A DNA stretch of 27,151 nucleotides from Verrucomicrobiota bacterium (GCA_038209745.1 JBBQXJ010000063.1:1-27151), one strand, 5' to 3'. Shown: positions 7,128 through 17,072, numbered from the stretch's first letter. The notes: a model not told the origin generated them from the sequence alone. Numbers and translations: made by a program.

Positions 7128-8543
7128 ATGAGTCTCCGGGCCGTCATCGCGCTGTTTTTCCTGACAGGTTCCGTCATGGCCGCGCTTCGGCCGCCTTCGT
7201 TCCTCGGCACGGAGGTGATGGTCGAAAGCCAGTCCCGGCAGTTCATCGTCCATGGCCCGGCCGGCGCCGGAACCCCGCTCAACCAGGCCATGCGGACGCA
7301 GTCCAAGGACCTTCTCCGATTGGATCCTTCCGCGACCGCCGTGACCGCCGATCGGGTGAAGGACGCCCTTCTCATCGAGCTCGGGGTTCGTGATCGCTTC
7401 GAGCGCAAGACCATCGCGCCCCAGCCGTTGGAGCCGGGCCGGATCACCCTGCATCTCTCCCCTCTCAATCGGGAACCGGTCCAGGTCATGCGAACGCCCG
7501 TAACCGGCGGCTGGACCTATCGGCTGGAGCTGCCGCTCGAGATGACGGCCCACAGCTTCAACAGCGCCCTCGTCCAGGTGCTGCTCGTGGACCTCGCCAA
7601 CCCGCCCGACTCGACCGCCGTGGATCTTCCGCTCTGGCTCAGCGCCGGGCTCCTGGCCCACTTGGAGGAGTCCACCACCCGGCCGTTGTTCTTCGACACC
7701 GGGCTCCAGGCACGCGTCGAGTCGCGCGGCGAAACCTTGACGGCCCGGGTGACAAGGCGCTTCCGGACCGTCTTCCAGACGCGGTCCGCGCTGTCCTTCG
7801 ACGAGCTGAGCTGGCCGGGCATGGTCGCCAACGACGAGGCCGGTCTCTTCACGCCGTCGGCGCAGTTCTTCGTCTACCAGCTGCTCCAGCTGGACGACGG
7901 CCGTGACTGTCTCCGCTCCATGGTCGAGAAGCTCTCCCGCTACCACAATTGGCAGTTCGCCTTCTACGACGCCTTTTCCGCCCATTTCAAGGAGCCGAAA
8001 GAAGTGGAGAAGTGGTGGGCGGTCCAGCTCGCCGCGCTGACCGGGCGCGACGCCTCCAAGCTGTGGACCCTGTCCCGGTCGCTCGACCGTCTCCAAGAGG
8101 TTCTCCGGGTTCCGGTGCAGATCCAGGCCTCGAAAACCCAGCTGCCCGAGTCCTCCGCCATCTCCCTCCAGACCGCCGTCGCCAGCTGGGACTATTCGAG
8201 GGAAATGCTCCTCCTCGGCCGGGTCGTGCGCGACCTTGAGATCCTCCGCCAACGGGTCGCCCCGGAGGCCGTCGAACTGGTCGACGCCTATCGCGGGGCC
8301 ATCAACCACTACCGGGACCAGCGCGACCCTCTGCAGCGGACGAGCCGCAACAAATCGGGCACGCCCTCCAGCGTCGTCTTCGAACAAAAGTCCTTCGAAC
8401 AACGGCTCGACCAGATCGACTCCGCCCGCGCGAAACTCCTGCGGTCGAGCGTCGAAGACCTGGCCCTGCACGAAGCCGAACGCCGTGTCGCCACCACCAA
8501 CGCGCTTCAGCGCGCCGGAGCCGCCATTCCCCGCAGCCGCTGA
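7128..8543 (+). CDS. Exported hypothetical protein (471 aa)
   Basis: N-terminal signal peptide-like segment, strong GC3 bias, 15 bp after the FmdB-family gene; LPLWLSAGL resembles a degenerate PxWxxEG zincin segment but there is no HExxH. Confidence 0.8.
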   Translation: MSLRAVIALFFLTGSVMAALRPPSFLGTEVMVESQSRQFIVHGPAGAGTPLNQAMRTQSKDLLRLDPSATAVTADRVKDALLIELGVRDRFERKTIAPQPLEPGRITLHLSPLNREPVQVMRTPVTGGWTYRLELPLEMTAHSFNSALVQVLLVDLANPPDSTAVDLPLWLSAGLLAHLEESTTRPLFFDTGLQARVESRGETLTARVTRRFRTVFQTRSALSFDELSWPGMVANDEAGLFTPSAQFFVYQLLQLDDGRDCLRSMVEKLSRYHNWQFAFYDAFSAHFKEPKEVEKWWAVQLAALTGRDASKLWTLSRSLDRLQEVLRVPVQIQASKTQLPESSAISLQTAVASWDYSREMLLLGRVVRDLEILRQRVAPEAVELVDAYRGAINHYRDQRDPLQRTSRNKSGTPSSVVFEQKSFEQRLDQIDSARAKLLRSSVEDLALHEAERRVATTNALQRAGAAIPRSR

Positions 8544-8577
8544 TTCCAGCGGTCGGTCCTTCCACATTCTGGGTCCC

Positions 8578-8605
8578 TTGACCCGACTTCGTTCACCAAT
8601 ATAGT
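8578..8605 (+). promoter_or_regulatory. Putative sigma70 promoter of the KamA-family gene
   Basis: TTGACC-16 nt-TATAGT, 9 nt before ATG 8615. Confidence 0.6.
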
Positions 8606-8614
8606 CCGGCCATA

Positions 8615-9847
8615 ATGTATCAGGATTCCTCCGGTGAAGATCCCGACCCGACGGTCAACTTCCCAGCCTTGAAGCAGTTTCGATCGGCCGGTCGCGGCTA
8701 TTGGCGCAATGTGTCCGACCAGGACTGGAACGACTGGAAATGGCAGCTCAAGCACCGCATCACCACGGTGGAGCAGCTCGAAAAGTTCCTTCCCACCCTC
8801 ACGCCGGAAGAGCGCCTCGGCGCCGTGCTGGCCGGGGAGAACAAGTTGGCCATGGCGATTCCGCCCTACTTCTTCAGCCTGATCGACGCGGGCGATGAAG
8901 ACTGTCCCATCCGGCGCCAAGTCGTCCCGCGCGTCGAGGAGACCCACACCGCCTCCTGGGAAATGAGCGATCCCTGCGGCGAGGATTCCCATTCGCCCGT
9001 GCCCGGCCTCGTTCACCGCTACCCGGACCGGGTGCTCTTCCTCGTGACCGACCGCTGTGCGGCCTATTGCCGCTACTGCACCCGCTCCCGCCTCGTCAGC
9101 AACGCCAGCGGCTACGACTTCCATCCCGAGTTCGACCGGCAGATCGCCTACATCCGCGAGCATCCGGAGATCCGCGACGTGCTGCTCAGCGGCGGCGATC
9201 CACTGCTCTTCAGCGACGAAAAACTGGAACATCTCCTGACCAGGATCCGTGAGATCCCGCATGTCGAATTCCTCCGCATCGGCTCGCGCATCCCCATCTT
9301 CCTGCCCCAGCGCATCACGCCCGCGCTTTGTGCCATGCTGCGGAAGTTCCATCCCCTCTTCATCAGCATCCACTCGAACCACCCGACCGAGCTGACCACC
9401 GAGGTCCGCGACGCTTTGGGACGCTTGGCCGATGCCGGCATTCCCTTGGGCAACCAATCCGTGCTCCTCAAGCACGTGAACGACGACGTGGCCGTGATGA
9501 AGGCCCTCGTCCAGAAGCTCCTCATGTGCCGGGTGAAGCCCTACTACCTCTACCAATGTGATCTCATCGCCGGCTCCGCCCATCTGCGCACCAGCGTCCA
9601 GAAAGGCCTGGAGATCGTCGAAGGACTGCGCGGGCACACCACCGGCTATGCCGTGCCGCAATACGTGATCGATGCTCCTGGCGGCGGCGGCAAGGTTCCG
9701 ATCAATCCCGACTACATCAAGCAGCTCAACGGCAAGCGCGTCGTCATCCGCAACTTCGAGGGCAAGGTCTTCGAGTATCCGGAGAACGAGCAGGGCCAAC
9801 CCCAGTTCCACGCCACCGCCGACGACATCGGCGTCTGGAAGGATTGA
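8615..9847 (+). CDS. kamA: KamA family radical SAM enzyme (lysine 2,3-aminomutase)
   Basis: HRYPDRVL, CAAYCRYCTR (CxxxCxxC), LSGGDPL, NQSVLL, YQCD, DAPGGGGK (PLP lysine). Confidence 0.92.
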   Translation: MYQDSSGEDPDPTVNFPALKQFRSAGRGYWRNVSDQDWNDWKWQLKHRITTVEQLEKFLPTLTPEERLGAVLAGENKLAMAIPPYFFSLIDAGDEDCPIRRQVVPRVEETHTASWEMSDPCGEDSHSPVPGLVHRYPDRVLFLVTDRCAAYCRYCTRSRLVSNASGYDFHPEFDRQIAYIREHPEIRDVLLSGGDPLLFSDEKLEHLLTRIREIPHVEFLRIGSRIPIFLPQRITPALCAMLRKFHPLFISIHSNHPTELTTEVRDALGRLADAGIPLGNQSVLLKHVNDDVAVMKALVQKLLMCRVKPYYLYQCDLIAGSAHLRTSVQKGLEIVEGLRGHTTGYAVPQYVIDAPGGGGKVPINPDYIKQLNGKRVVIRNFEGKVFEYPENEQGQPQFHATADDIGVWKD

Positions 9848-9878
9848 ATCCGAGGGAACGACGGGTTTCTCTTCGGCC

Positions 9879-10454
9879 ATGAAGAAGTTGGCTGGAGGAT
9901 TCGCCATTGGCTTGGCCGTTCTGGTCGGTGGCATCTATGGCGTGTGGAAATGGCAGTATCCATATGGTGTCAGGACTTGTCGGGTTCGTTGCATATCGTC
10001 GGATCTCCAGGGCTACGCGGTGGCTCATTGGGATCGATTTCCCGACGGTGAACCCACTCCGCTTCGATCCCTTCAGAAGCTCTACGGGGAAACCACAATA
10101 GACTACCCTCCTTTGTTGGCCGGGCTCTCCGGAAACGAAGCGTCGATGGAAGCGCGGTTGAAGGCCGGTCAGCCTCTCGATGACTCCGTTTCGAGCTGGA
10201 TCTACTGGCCTGGCTTCAAGAGCGACGACGATCCGGATCTCGCGATTCTCTGGGAGCGAAAGAGTGGCTTGCGCTGGAACGCCAAACGCAGCAGCGACCG
10301 TGATGGGCACAGCGTCGTCTTTGCCGGAGGCTACCATCGCTACGTAGCGGGAGCCGAGTGGTCGGATTTCACCAACAAACAGGCCGCGCTGCGGAGCACG
10401 ATCTTGGCGACTCGTTCCACATCGGCGACTGAAGCCAAGTCTGGCCATCAATGA
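9879..10454 (+). CDS. Membrane-anchored hypothetical protein, distantly pilin/H-X9-DG-like
   Basis: N-terminal TM (MKKLAGGFAIGLAVLVGGIYGVW), then C..LQGYA....RFP and GHSVVFAGGYHRYV, reminiscent of PVC prepilin-associated domains; start reassigned. Confidence 0.7.
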   Translation: MKKLAGGFAIGLAVLVGGIYGVWKWQYPYGVRTCRVRCISSDLQGYAVAHWDRFPDGEPTPLRSLQKLYGETTIDYPPLLAGLSGNEASMEARLKAGQPLDDSVSSWIYWPGFKSDDDPDLAILWERKSGLRWNAKRSSDRDGHSVVFAGGYHRYVAGAEWSDFTNKQAALRSTILATRSTSATEAKSGHQ

Positions 10455-10537
10455 TGATTGATCGGTGAAACCATTGGTCCGGCGAATGGGGCGCCGTTTC
10501 GTTCGTCAAACCAGTCTTTGCCCCGTTTGTTCCCAAG

Positions 10538-12463
10538 GTGCTACGGTGCCGGTTCGTGCGTTGTTCCGTCCGTGCATTCAATCCGCTTCTCTGGGTCGTC
10601 ATCTTTTTGGCGGCGTCCGGTATCGGCTTGGCAGCGGCGTCGGCTTCGCCGCTCGACGAACCCGCTGTCCGACACTTCGCGGCTTCGACCGTTTCCAACT
10701 TGTTGGCCGAAGCCCAGGCGCCGGGCGGTGTCTTCGTGGTGGTTGGCGGCGGCCACGTGGTGGCCCTCCAAGCTTTCGGCGTCTCGGATCTGACCACGGG
10801 CCGGGCGGTTTCATCGGATGAAACGCTCTTCCGCGCCGCCTCGGTCTCCAAGATCCTGACCACCGCCGTGCTGCTGGAACAAGTGGACGCCGGCCGCTTG
10901 GATCTCCACGCCGACATCAACGAATACCTCGGTGGCTTCCAGATTCCTCCCGCCTTCGGTCGCCCGGTCACGCTGCATGATCTCCTGACCCACTCCGCCG
11001 GCTTTGACGTCTCCCGCCAACGCTACGGCGCCCGCACCACTGCGGATCGCCTGAGTCTGGGCGACTATCTCCGCGAAGAACGCCCCGACCGGCTCCGTCC
11101 GCCGGGGCTCTTCAGCAGCTACAGCAACTACGGGTTCGGCCTCGCCGGCTACGCTCTCCAGCAGACCTCCGGAACGCCGTTCGACGAAGAGATGAAACAC
11201 CGCCTTCTCGATCCGCTCGGCATGGAGCACAGCAGCTTTTCTCCCGGATCGGAACAACGGGTCCACTTGGCCACCGGCCATCAACTGGTGCGCGGCATCC
11301 GGACCGCCCTTCAGCCAGACTATGTGAACATCACCCCGGCCGCCGGTCTCTGCACCACGGCGGCCGACATGTCGCGCTTCCTGCTGGCCCTCACCACAAA
11401 CCGAAGGCCGGATGGTTCCGAGGCCTTTCCCCATGACGTGTTGAAGAAGATGACGACGACCCAGCTCGCCGTGGATCCCAGGGTGCCCGGTCGCTCCTAC
11501 GGCTTCGAGCAGACCTCCCTGGCCGGCCGACCCGTGCTGCTGCAGACCGGCCAATGGCCGGGCTTCAACTGCGCTCTGCTTCTCTTTCCCGGCACCGACT
11601 GCGGCCTGTTCCTCGCCTACAATGTCTGCGACGAGTTCAAGGCCGGCGAGAGGATCGCGCGCGTGTTCGCCCATCGCTTCATCGCCGCGCCTTCTCCCGA
11701 TGGACCGGGCCCGGTAATCGCCATGGCTCCCACCGAGCCTTTCGTGGGCACCTACCAGACCCTCCGTTTTCCCCGAAAAACCCTCATCATTGCCGACGCC
11801 GACGAGGTCGAAGTTGTCCGGAGCGGCGCCGGCGAACTGACGATCGCCGGGAGCGACTACCATGGGTTGGGCGGAGCCGTGTTCGAGCGCGCCGCCGAAC
11901 CGGAGGAGGCGACCCCGCGACTTGGCCGCCGTCTGGTTTTCCTCGGATCAGACGACGAATCGTTCGATCGGCTCGTGACCGAGGGCGGTGCCTACCGCCG
12001 TGTGTCCTGGTGGAACACCGCGGCGTTTCGCCGGGCCCGCTCCCGCTCCGTGGCGGTTGTCTTCATCTCCGCCCTCGTGCTCTGGTCCACCATGGCCGCC
12101 GTCCGGTTCACGACCGGCCGCACCACCGTCAAGAGGCCGGGTGATCGGGTCGCGCGAGTCGCCACGGTCTCCGCCTCCGCCTTCTGCCTGCTCGGGCTTG
12201 TGTTCCAAGCGAGCTTTGCCCTGGCCGCCAATCACCTGCCACCGTTCGCTCTTTCCTATGGCCTGCCCGATTCCATCGTTCGTGTCGCGGCCCTCGCGCC
12301 CTTGATCCTCTTCGGGACAGCGGGCCTGGTCGTCTTGAACGTCGCAGTCTGGAAGATGCGCCTTTGGAACCTCGCGCAGCGGACCCATTACACGGTAGTG
12401 GTCTTCGCCGCCCTCCTGCTGTGCTTCGAGATCTTCCGCAGAAACCTGCTCTCGGCCCTTTGA
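10538..12463 (+). CDS. Serine hydrolase (beta-lactamase class C/AmpC-like family) with C-terminal transmembrane helices
   Basis: SVSK (SxxK), LLTHSAG, YSN (YxN), PAAGLCTTAADM; signal peptide and about four C-terminal hydrophobic segments; start uncertain. Confidence 0.9.
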   Translation: MLRCRFVRCSVRAFNPLLWVVIFLAASGIGLAAASASPLDEPAVRHFAASTVSNLLAEAQAPGGVFVVVGGGHVVALQAFGVSDLTTGRAVSSDETLFRAASVSKILTTAVLLEQVDAGRLDLHADINEYLGGFQIPPAFGRPVTLHDLLTHSAGFDVSRQRYGARTTADRLSLGDYLREERPDRLRPPGLFSSYSNYGFGLAGYALQQTSGTPFDEEMKHRLLDPLGMEHSSFSPGSEQRVHLATGHQLVRGIRTALQPDYVNITPAAGLCTTAADMSRFLLALTTNRRPDGSEAFPHDVLKKMTTTQLAVDPRVPGRSYGFEQTSLAGRPVLLQTGQWPGFNCALLLFPGTDCGLFLAYNVCDEFKAGERIARVFAHRFIAAPSPDGPGPVIAMAPTEPFVGTYQTLRFPRKTLIIADADEVEVVRSGAGELTIAGSDYHGLGGAVFERAAEPEEATPRLGRRLVFLGSDDESFDRLVTEGGAYRRVSWWNTAAFRRARSRSVAVVFISALVLWSTMAAVRFTTGRTTVKRPGDRVARVATVSASAFCLLGLVFQASFALAANHLPPFALSYGLPDSIVRVAALAPLILFGTAGLVVLNVAVWKMRLWNLAQRTHYTVVVFAALLLCFEIFRRNLLSAL

Positions 12464-12612
12464 TCCCAAGCAGTCGTCCAAATCCCAGAACATTGCCAAC
12501 ATGACTTCTGCCCCCGCCTCTTTCGTCTGCCAGTCCCGCGTCCTTGGACCGAATCCTTGCGCGACCGGGAAAGGTGAGGAATCTATGGCCGGTCAAGTTC
12601 CTCCCAAATGCC

Positions 12613-13776
12613 ATGAAAACTGTTCAAACGATCTGTCGCCGCATTGGCGTCGTTTTGATTGCCACCATCGGATGCAGTCTGCCGGTGATGGGAGATCTCT
12701 TGGTCACGATCACGGGCAATCCTTCCGCCCTCCGTGTCGTGGCGTTCAATGAAACCGGCGGGGCTCTCAAGGCGCTTTTCATTCCCTTCGTCTCGGCCCA
12801 GAGCATTGACGGCGGAGAGTTCGGCCTGGATGGAGACTTCTTTTTGCCGGCAACGACCTTCGGGTTCGGGACGATCAACCAATACGCCGGGCCCACGGGA
12901 CAATTCAGCAAAGAAGTAGTCCCCTATTCCGATAAAAACCTGACCGTTCCCACCGCTTGCCGCTTGGGAACCAACGGCAATCTCTACGTCTCCGGTCGCA
13001 TCTACGACACCGATACGAAAGCCTTCGGACCGGGAAGAATCGTCCACTGCAACGGAACGAACGGGGACAAGATCGCCGAATTCGGCACCAATGTGCTGCG
13101 GCGTCCCGTGGATCTCCTCTTCGGCCCGGATGGCCGCCTCTATGTCGCCGATGCTGAAGTCGGCATCGTTCGCTTTGATCCATCGAATGGAGCCTACTTG
13201 GACACCGTCGTCGCCGACGGTGCCGGCGGATTGGGCGGCGCCACAGGCCTCGCCTTCGGTCCCGACGGGAACCTCTATGTCGGCAGCGCCAGCAACCACG
13301 CCGTGATTCGCTTCCAAGCAACGACCGCCGCGCCTCCAGCCAAGTTTCCGCCGGTCGACATCTTTGTTGCTTCCGGTTCTGGCGGACTGAACGAGCCTGA
13401 TGGTCTCGTCTTTGGTCCGGATGGGCGGCTCTACGTATGCAGCCGTGGAACACGATCCGTGCTCCGCTACTCCGGGACCACCGGAGCCCTCGTCGACGAA
13501 TTCGTCCATGCGACCTCGAACACCAACGAAGTCCCCGTGTCGCTGACCTTCACGCCGCGCGCACCGCGTCTGAAGGCCACCCTGGACGGCTCTTCCCGCG
13601 TCCTCTCCTGGCCCCGCATCACCCCACGATTCCAGCTCCAGTCGTCCACCAACGCGTCCTCCGCCGCATCTTGGAACATGGAGACGAACACGCCGCCCGC
13701 AGTGGTCGGCACCAATCTCGTCGTCACGCTTCCCGGCTCGACCTCCAATCGGTTCTTCCGCCTGAAGTCCGACTAG
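12613..13776 (+). CDS. Secreted NHL/Vgb-like beta-propeller protein with a C-terminal ...FFRL domain
   Basis: Repeated L.FGPDG.LYV blades; signal peptide from MKTVQ; C-terminus LSWP...FQLQSSTN...W...FFRLK. Confidence 0.85.
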   Translation: MKTVQTICRRIGVVLIATIGCSLPVMGDLLVTITGNPSALRVVAFNETGGALKALFIPFVSAQSIDGGEFGLDGDFFLPATTFGFGTINQYAGPTGQFSKEVVPYSDKNLTVPTACRLGTNGNLYVSGRIYDTDTKAFGPGRIVHCNGTNGDKIAEFGTNVLRRPVDLLFGPDGRLYVADAEVGIVRFDPSNGAYLDTVVADGAGGLGGATGLAFGPDGNLYVGSASNHAVIRFQATTAAPPAKFPPVDIFVASGSGGLNEPDGLVFGPDGRLYVCSRGTRSVLRYSGTTGALVDEFVHATSNTNEVPVSLTFTPRAPRLKATLDGSSRVLSWPRITPRFQLQSSTNASSAASWNMETNTPPAVVGTNLVVTLPGSTSNRFFRLKSD

Positions 13777-13870
13777 CCTCGCCGCGCGCTTCCTTGAACC
13801 GGCCGGCGGTTTCCCTAGTGTCCGACGGCCGCTCGGCCTCCTGATCCCGGGGAAACAGCGGCCCGCCTAG

Positions 13871-14851
13871 ATGAAGCGCCCATTCGACTGGTTTTTGCCC
13901 GGCATGTTTATGGCCGTGGTGCTGGCCTGGATCCTTCCCGATCCCGGGGCCAAGGGCGGTTGGCTGCATCCGGAGATCCTGACCAAGGCCGGCATCGCGC
14001 TGATCTTCTTTCTCCACGGCGCGGCTCTTTCCTTTGCCGCGCTCAAGGTCGGCACGCTCCGCTGGCCCGTCCACCTGGTCGTCCAAGGCGCCACCTTTCT
14101 GCTCTTTCCCCTCATCGGCCTCCTCGGCTTGAAGCTCCTCGGCGACGCTGTTTCGGACGACCTCAAGCTCGGCCTTTTCTACCTCTGCGCGCTGCCTTCC
14201 ACGGTTTCCTCGTCCGTGGCGCTCACTGCGGCCGCCCGCGGCCACGTCGCCGTCGCCGTCTTCAACTCCACGCTCTCCAGCCTTCTTGGCGTCTTCCTCA
14301 CACCGTTCTGGATGGGGTGGATGATCCAGGCCGGCGGCGAACCCCTGCCCATGGGAAAGGTCGTTCTCGATCTCGGCTGCTGGCTGGTCCTCCCCCTTGT
14401 TCTCGGACAATGCGCGAGACCCTGGGTGGGCGACTTCATCACCCGGCACAAGAAGCGCGTCCACCTCGCCGATCGAATGATCATCCTGCTCCTCGTCTAC
14501 ACCTCGTTCTGCGACTCGATGAAACAGGGCGTCTGGTCCGGGCATGGCGGCAAGTCCATCCTGATCGTCGTCCTCGCCAGCATCGGCCTTTTCTTCCTCG
14601 TCCTGGGAATCGTCGGTGGGGTCTGCGACGCGTTGAAGTTCCCCGTCGGAGATCGGATCGCGGCCGTTTTCTGCGGGTCCAAGAAGACGCTGGCTTCGGG
14701 CGTGCCGATGGCGCAGATCATCTTCGCCGGCCATCCGGGGATTGGCCTGATCCTTTTGCCGATCATGGTCTACCATCCGCTCCAACTCGTCCTCTGTGGC
14801 TGGCTGGCCGGCCGCTGGGCCCGGCGGCCGGAAGTCTCGGAGCCGCTCTGA
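13871..14851 (+). CDS. Bile acid:sodium symporter family protein (YfeH-like)
   Basis: IFFLHG, LPSTVSSSVALT, FCGSKKTLASGVPMA, YHPLQL; multiple TM helices. Confidence 0.92.
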   Translation: MKRPFDWFLPGMFMAVVLAWILPDPGAKGGWLHPEILTKAGIALIFFLHGAALSFAALKVGTLRWPVHLVVQGATFLLFPLIGLLGLKLLGDAVSDDLKLGLFYLCALPSTVSSSVALTAAARGHVAVAVFNSTLSSLLGVFLTPFWMGWMIQAGGEPLPMGKVVLDLGCWLVLPLVLGQCARPWVGDFITRHKKRVHLADRMIILLLVYTSFCDSMKQGVWSGHGGKSILIVVLASIGLFFLVLGIVGGVCDALKFPVGDRIAAVFCGSKKTLASGVPMAQIIFAGHPGIGLILLPIMVYHPLQLVLCGWLAGRWARRPEVSEPL

Positions 14852-14912
14852 ACCGGAACTTTTGATTGGCTGTTTTCCGGCCCGTTCCATTTCATGGCCA
14901 CGGGTTCCTGCC

Positions 14913-17072
14913 ATGAAACACTTTCTTCTCCGATTCACCTTCCTCCTGGCCACGCTCCTCCTGGCCGCCCAACCCCTGTCCGCCCAGACGGGCGCCTTCA
15001 GCTATCAGGGACGCGTGACGGTCCACGGCGACGCCTTCACCGGAACGGGCCGGTTCAAGTTCGTTCTGGCCACCACGGCCGCGTCCGCCGGACAGGCCAC
15101 CGCCTCCGCAATGGTCAACGGCGGATTCGTCACCGGCTACACCGTGGCCAACGGCGGCGCGGGTTACACCAATGCCCCGAAGGTCACGATCCTCGACCTC
15201 ACCGGGACCGGGGCCATCGCCACCGCGACCATTTCGACCAACGGGCAAGTGGTGTCCATCGTGGCCAACAATGCCGGGGGCAACTACTCGTCGACTCCCA
15301 CCGTCCTCATCGATCCGCCCCCGGGCCAAGAGTCCTTCACCAGCTACTGGAGCCATGACGGCTCCAGCATCGCCGGAGGGGAACCCCTGACCTCGATCGC
15401 GCTCCCTGTGTCCGACGGGCTCTTCACCGTCGTGCTCGGTGATCCGGCCGTCCTCCCGATGCAGGCTCTCCCCGCCGACCTTTTCTCCCAGCCCGGCCTG
15501 CGGCTGCGCCTCTGGTTCGACGACGGAATCAATGGTTTCGCCGCTCTGACGCCCTCCCAGCCATTGACCCCCACGCCCTACGCCAGTCGCGCGCGATCCG
15601 CCTCGTGGACCAACCTCACCGACCTCCCTTTCGGCTACCAGGACACGCCCTACCGGGTCGGCGCGGGTCTCAGCTTGTCGAACAACATCGTCGCCATCGC
15701 CACCAATGCCATCACGGCCGATTTGCTGGCGTCCAATTCCGTGACCTCCTTCGCCATCGCCAATGGATCCATCGCCCGGGACGATCTCGGCCCCACCGTG
15801 CTGAACGCCAGTTTCTGGAGCCTCACCGGCAATGCCGCCGTCACCGACACGAACAATCCCGCCTCCAACAACACCTTCATCGGCACCACGGACAACCGCG
15901 CCTTGAACTTCCAGGTCGGTGGCCAACGTGCCCTCCGGCTCGAGCCCAACGGAGGCGCGGCGCCCAACCTCGTCGGCGGCTTCGCGGGCAACTCCGCCGG
16001 CTCCGGCGCCATCGGCGTGGTCATCGGGGGCGGGGGTGCCGCCGTCTATGCAGGCGACGCCTTCACCAACCGGGTCGACTCCGATTTCGGCGTCGTCGGG
16101 GGCGGCCTCCGCAACGTCGTCTTCAACAATGCGCTGGCGGCCACCATCGGTGGTGGCGGCCTGAACCGCGTCGGCGGTGGTGCCGAATACGCCACCATCG
16201 CCGGCGGTCGCCTCAACAGCATCCGCGAAGGTTCCGCCAATGCGACGGTGGCCGGCGGCTACCAGAACACCATCCAGACAAACTCCACCCACACCGTCAT
16301 CTCCGGAGGCCAGTTCAACACCATCGGCAACGACTCCGGTTCCTCCACCGTCTCCGGCGGACGCGGCAATGTCGTCCTTCCCGGCTCGGCCTACGCCACC
16401 ATCGGCGGGGGCTATCTGAACACGAACGGCGCCATCTACGCCGCCGTTCCCGGCGGCACCCTGAACGCCGCCCTCGGCGCGAACAGCCTCGCCGCCGGCC
16501 GCCGCGCCAAGGCCCTGCACGCCGGTTCGTTTGTCTGGGGCGACGGCTTCGATGCCGACGTGGCCTCCACCGCCACGAACCAGTTCACCGTCCGGTCCAT
16601 CGGCGGCGTCCGCTTCTTCTCCAATGGCGGCCTCACCGCCGGCGTCACCCTCGCCACGGGAGCCACCGCCTGGAGCACGCTCTCCGACGAGAACATGAAG
16701 AAGAACCGCGTCACCGCGGACGGCCGCGATGTCCTGTCGAAGCTCGCCGCCATCCCCATCGACCACTGGAACTACCTCTGGGAAGACGACGCCAGCACCC
16801 CGCACCTCGGCCCCATGGCCCAGGACTTCAAGCACGCCTTCTTCCCCGGCCGCGACGACAAGACCATCTCCACCGCCGAGTCCGAAGGCGTCGCCCTCGC
16901 CGCCATCCAGGGACTCAACCAGAAGCTCGAAGACCAGGCCGCCGCGCTGCGGACCAAGGACGCCGAGATCCGGGCCCTGAGAGCGGAGATGGAACAATTG
17001 CGGGGAATGATCGAAGCCGCCGTGGGTGCCAAGCAGAACGTATTCGGTTCATCTTTTTCAACGATCCGGTGA
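14913..17072 (+). CDS. Secreted fibre-like protein with Gly-rich beta repeats and a C-terminal peptidase S74 (intramolecular chaperone) domain
   Basis: Signal peptide, FSYQGR N-terminal domain, ATIxGGxxN repeats, SDENMKKN autocleavage motif, HLGPMAQDF, terminal coiled coil. Confidence 0.88.
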   Translation: MKHFLLRFTFLLATLLLAAQPLSAQTGAFSYQGRVTVHGDAFTGTGRFKFVLATTAASAGQATASAMVNGGFVTGYTVANGGAGYTNAPKVTILDLTGTGAIATATISTNGQVVSIVANNAGGNYSSTPTVLIDPPPGQESFTSYWSHDGSSIAGGEPLTSIALPVSDGLFTVVLGDPAVLPMQALPADLFSQPGLRLRLWFDDGINGFAALTPSQPLTPTPYASRARSASWTNLTDLPFGYQDTPYRVGAGLSLSNNIVAIATNAITADLLASNSVTSFAIANGSIARDDLGPTVLNASFWSLTGNAAVTDTNNPASNNTFIGTTDNRALNFQVGGQRALRLEPNGGAAPNLVGGFAGNSAGSGAIGVVIGGGGAAVYAGDAFTNRVDSDFGVVGGGLRNVVFNNALAATIGGGGLNRVGGGAEYATIAGGRLNSIREGSANATVAGGYQNTIQTNSTHTVISGGQFNTIGNDSGSSTVSGGRGNVVLPGSAYATIGGGYLNTNGAIYAAVPGGTLNAALGANSLAAGRRAKALHAGSFVWGDGFDADVASTATNQFTVRSIGGVRFFSNGGLTAGVTLATGATAWSTLSDENMKKNRVTADGRDVLSKLAAIPIDHWNYLWEDDASTPHLGPMAQDFKHAFFPGRDDKTISTAESEGVALAAIQGLNQKLEDQAAALRTKDAEIRALRAEMEQLRGMIEAAVGAKQNVFGSSFSTIR

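Noticed and set aside
10538..12463. Bona fide beta-lactam resistance gene
   Set aside because: Membrane-tailed serine hydrolase family member with QTG rather than KTG in the third motif; activity cannot be inferred.
14913..17072. Prophage remnant
   Set aside because: Has a signal peptide and no neighbouring phage genes.
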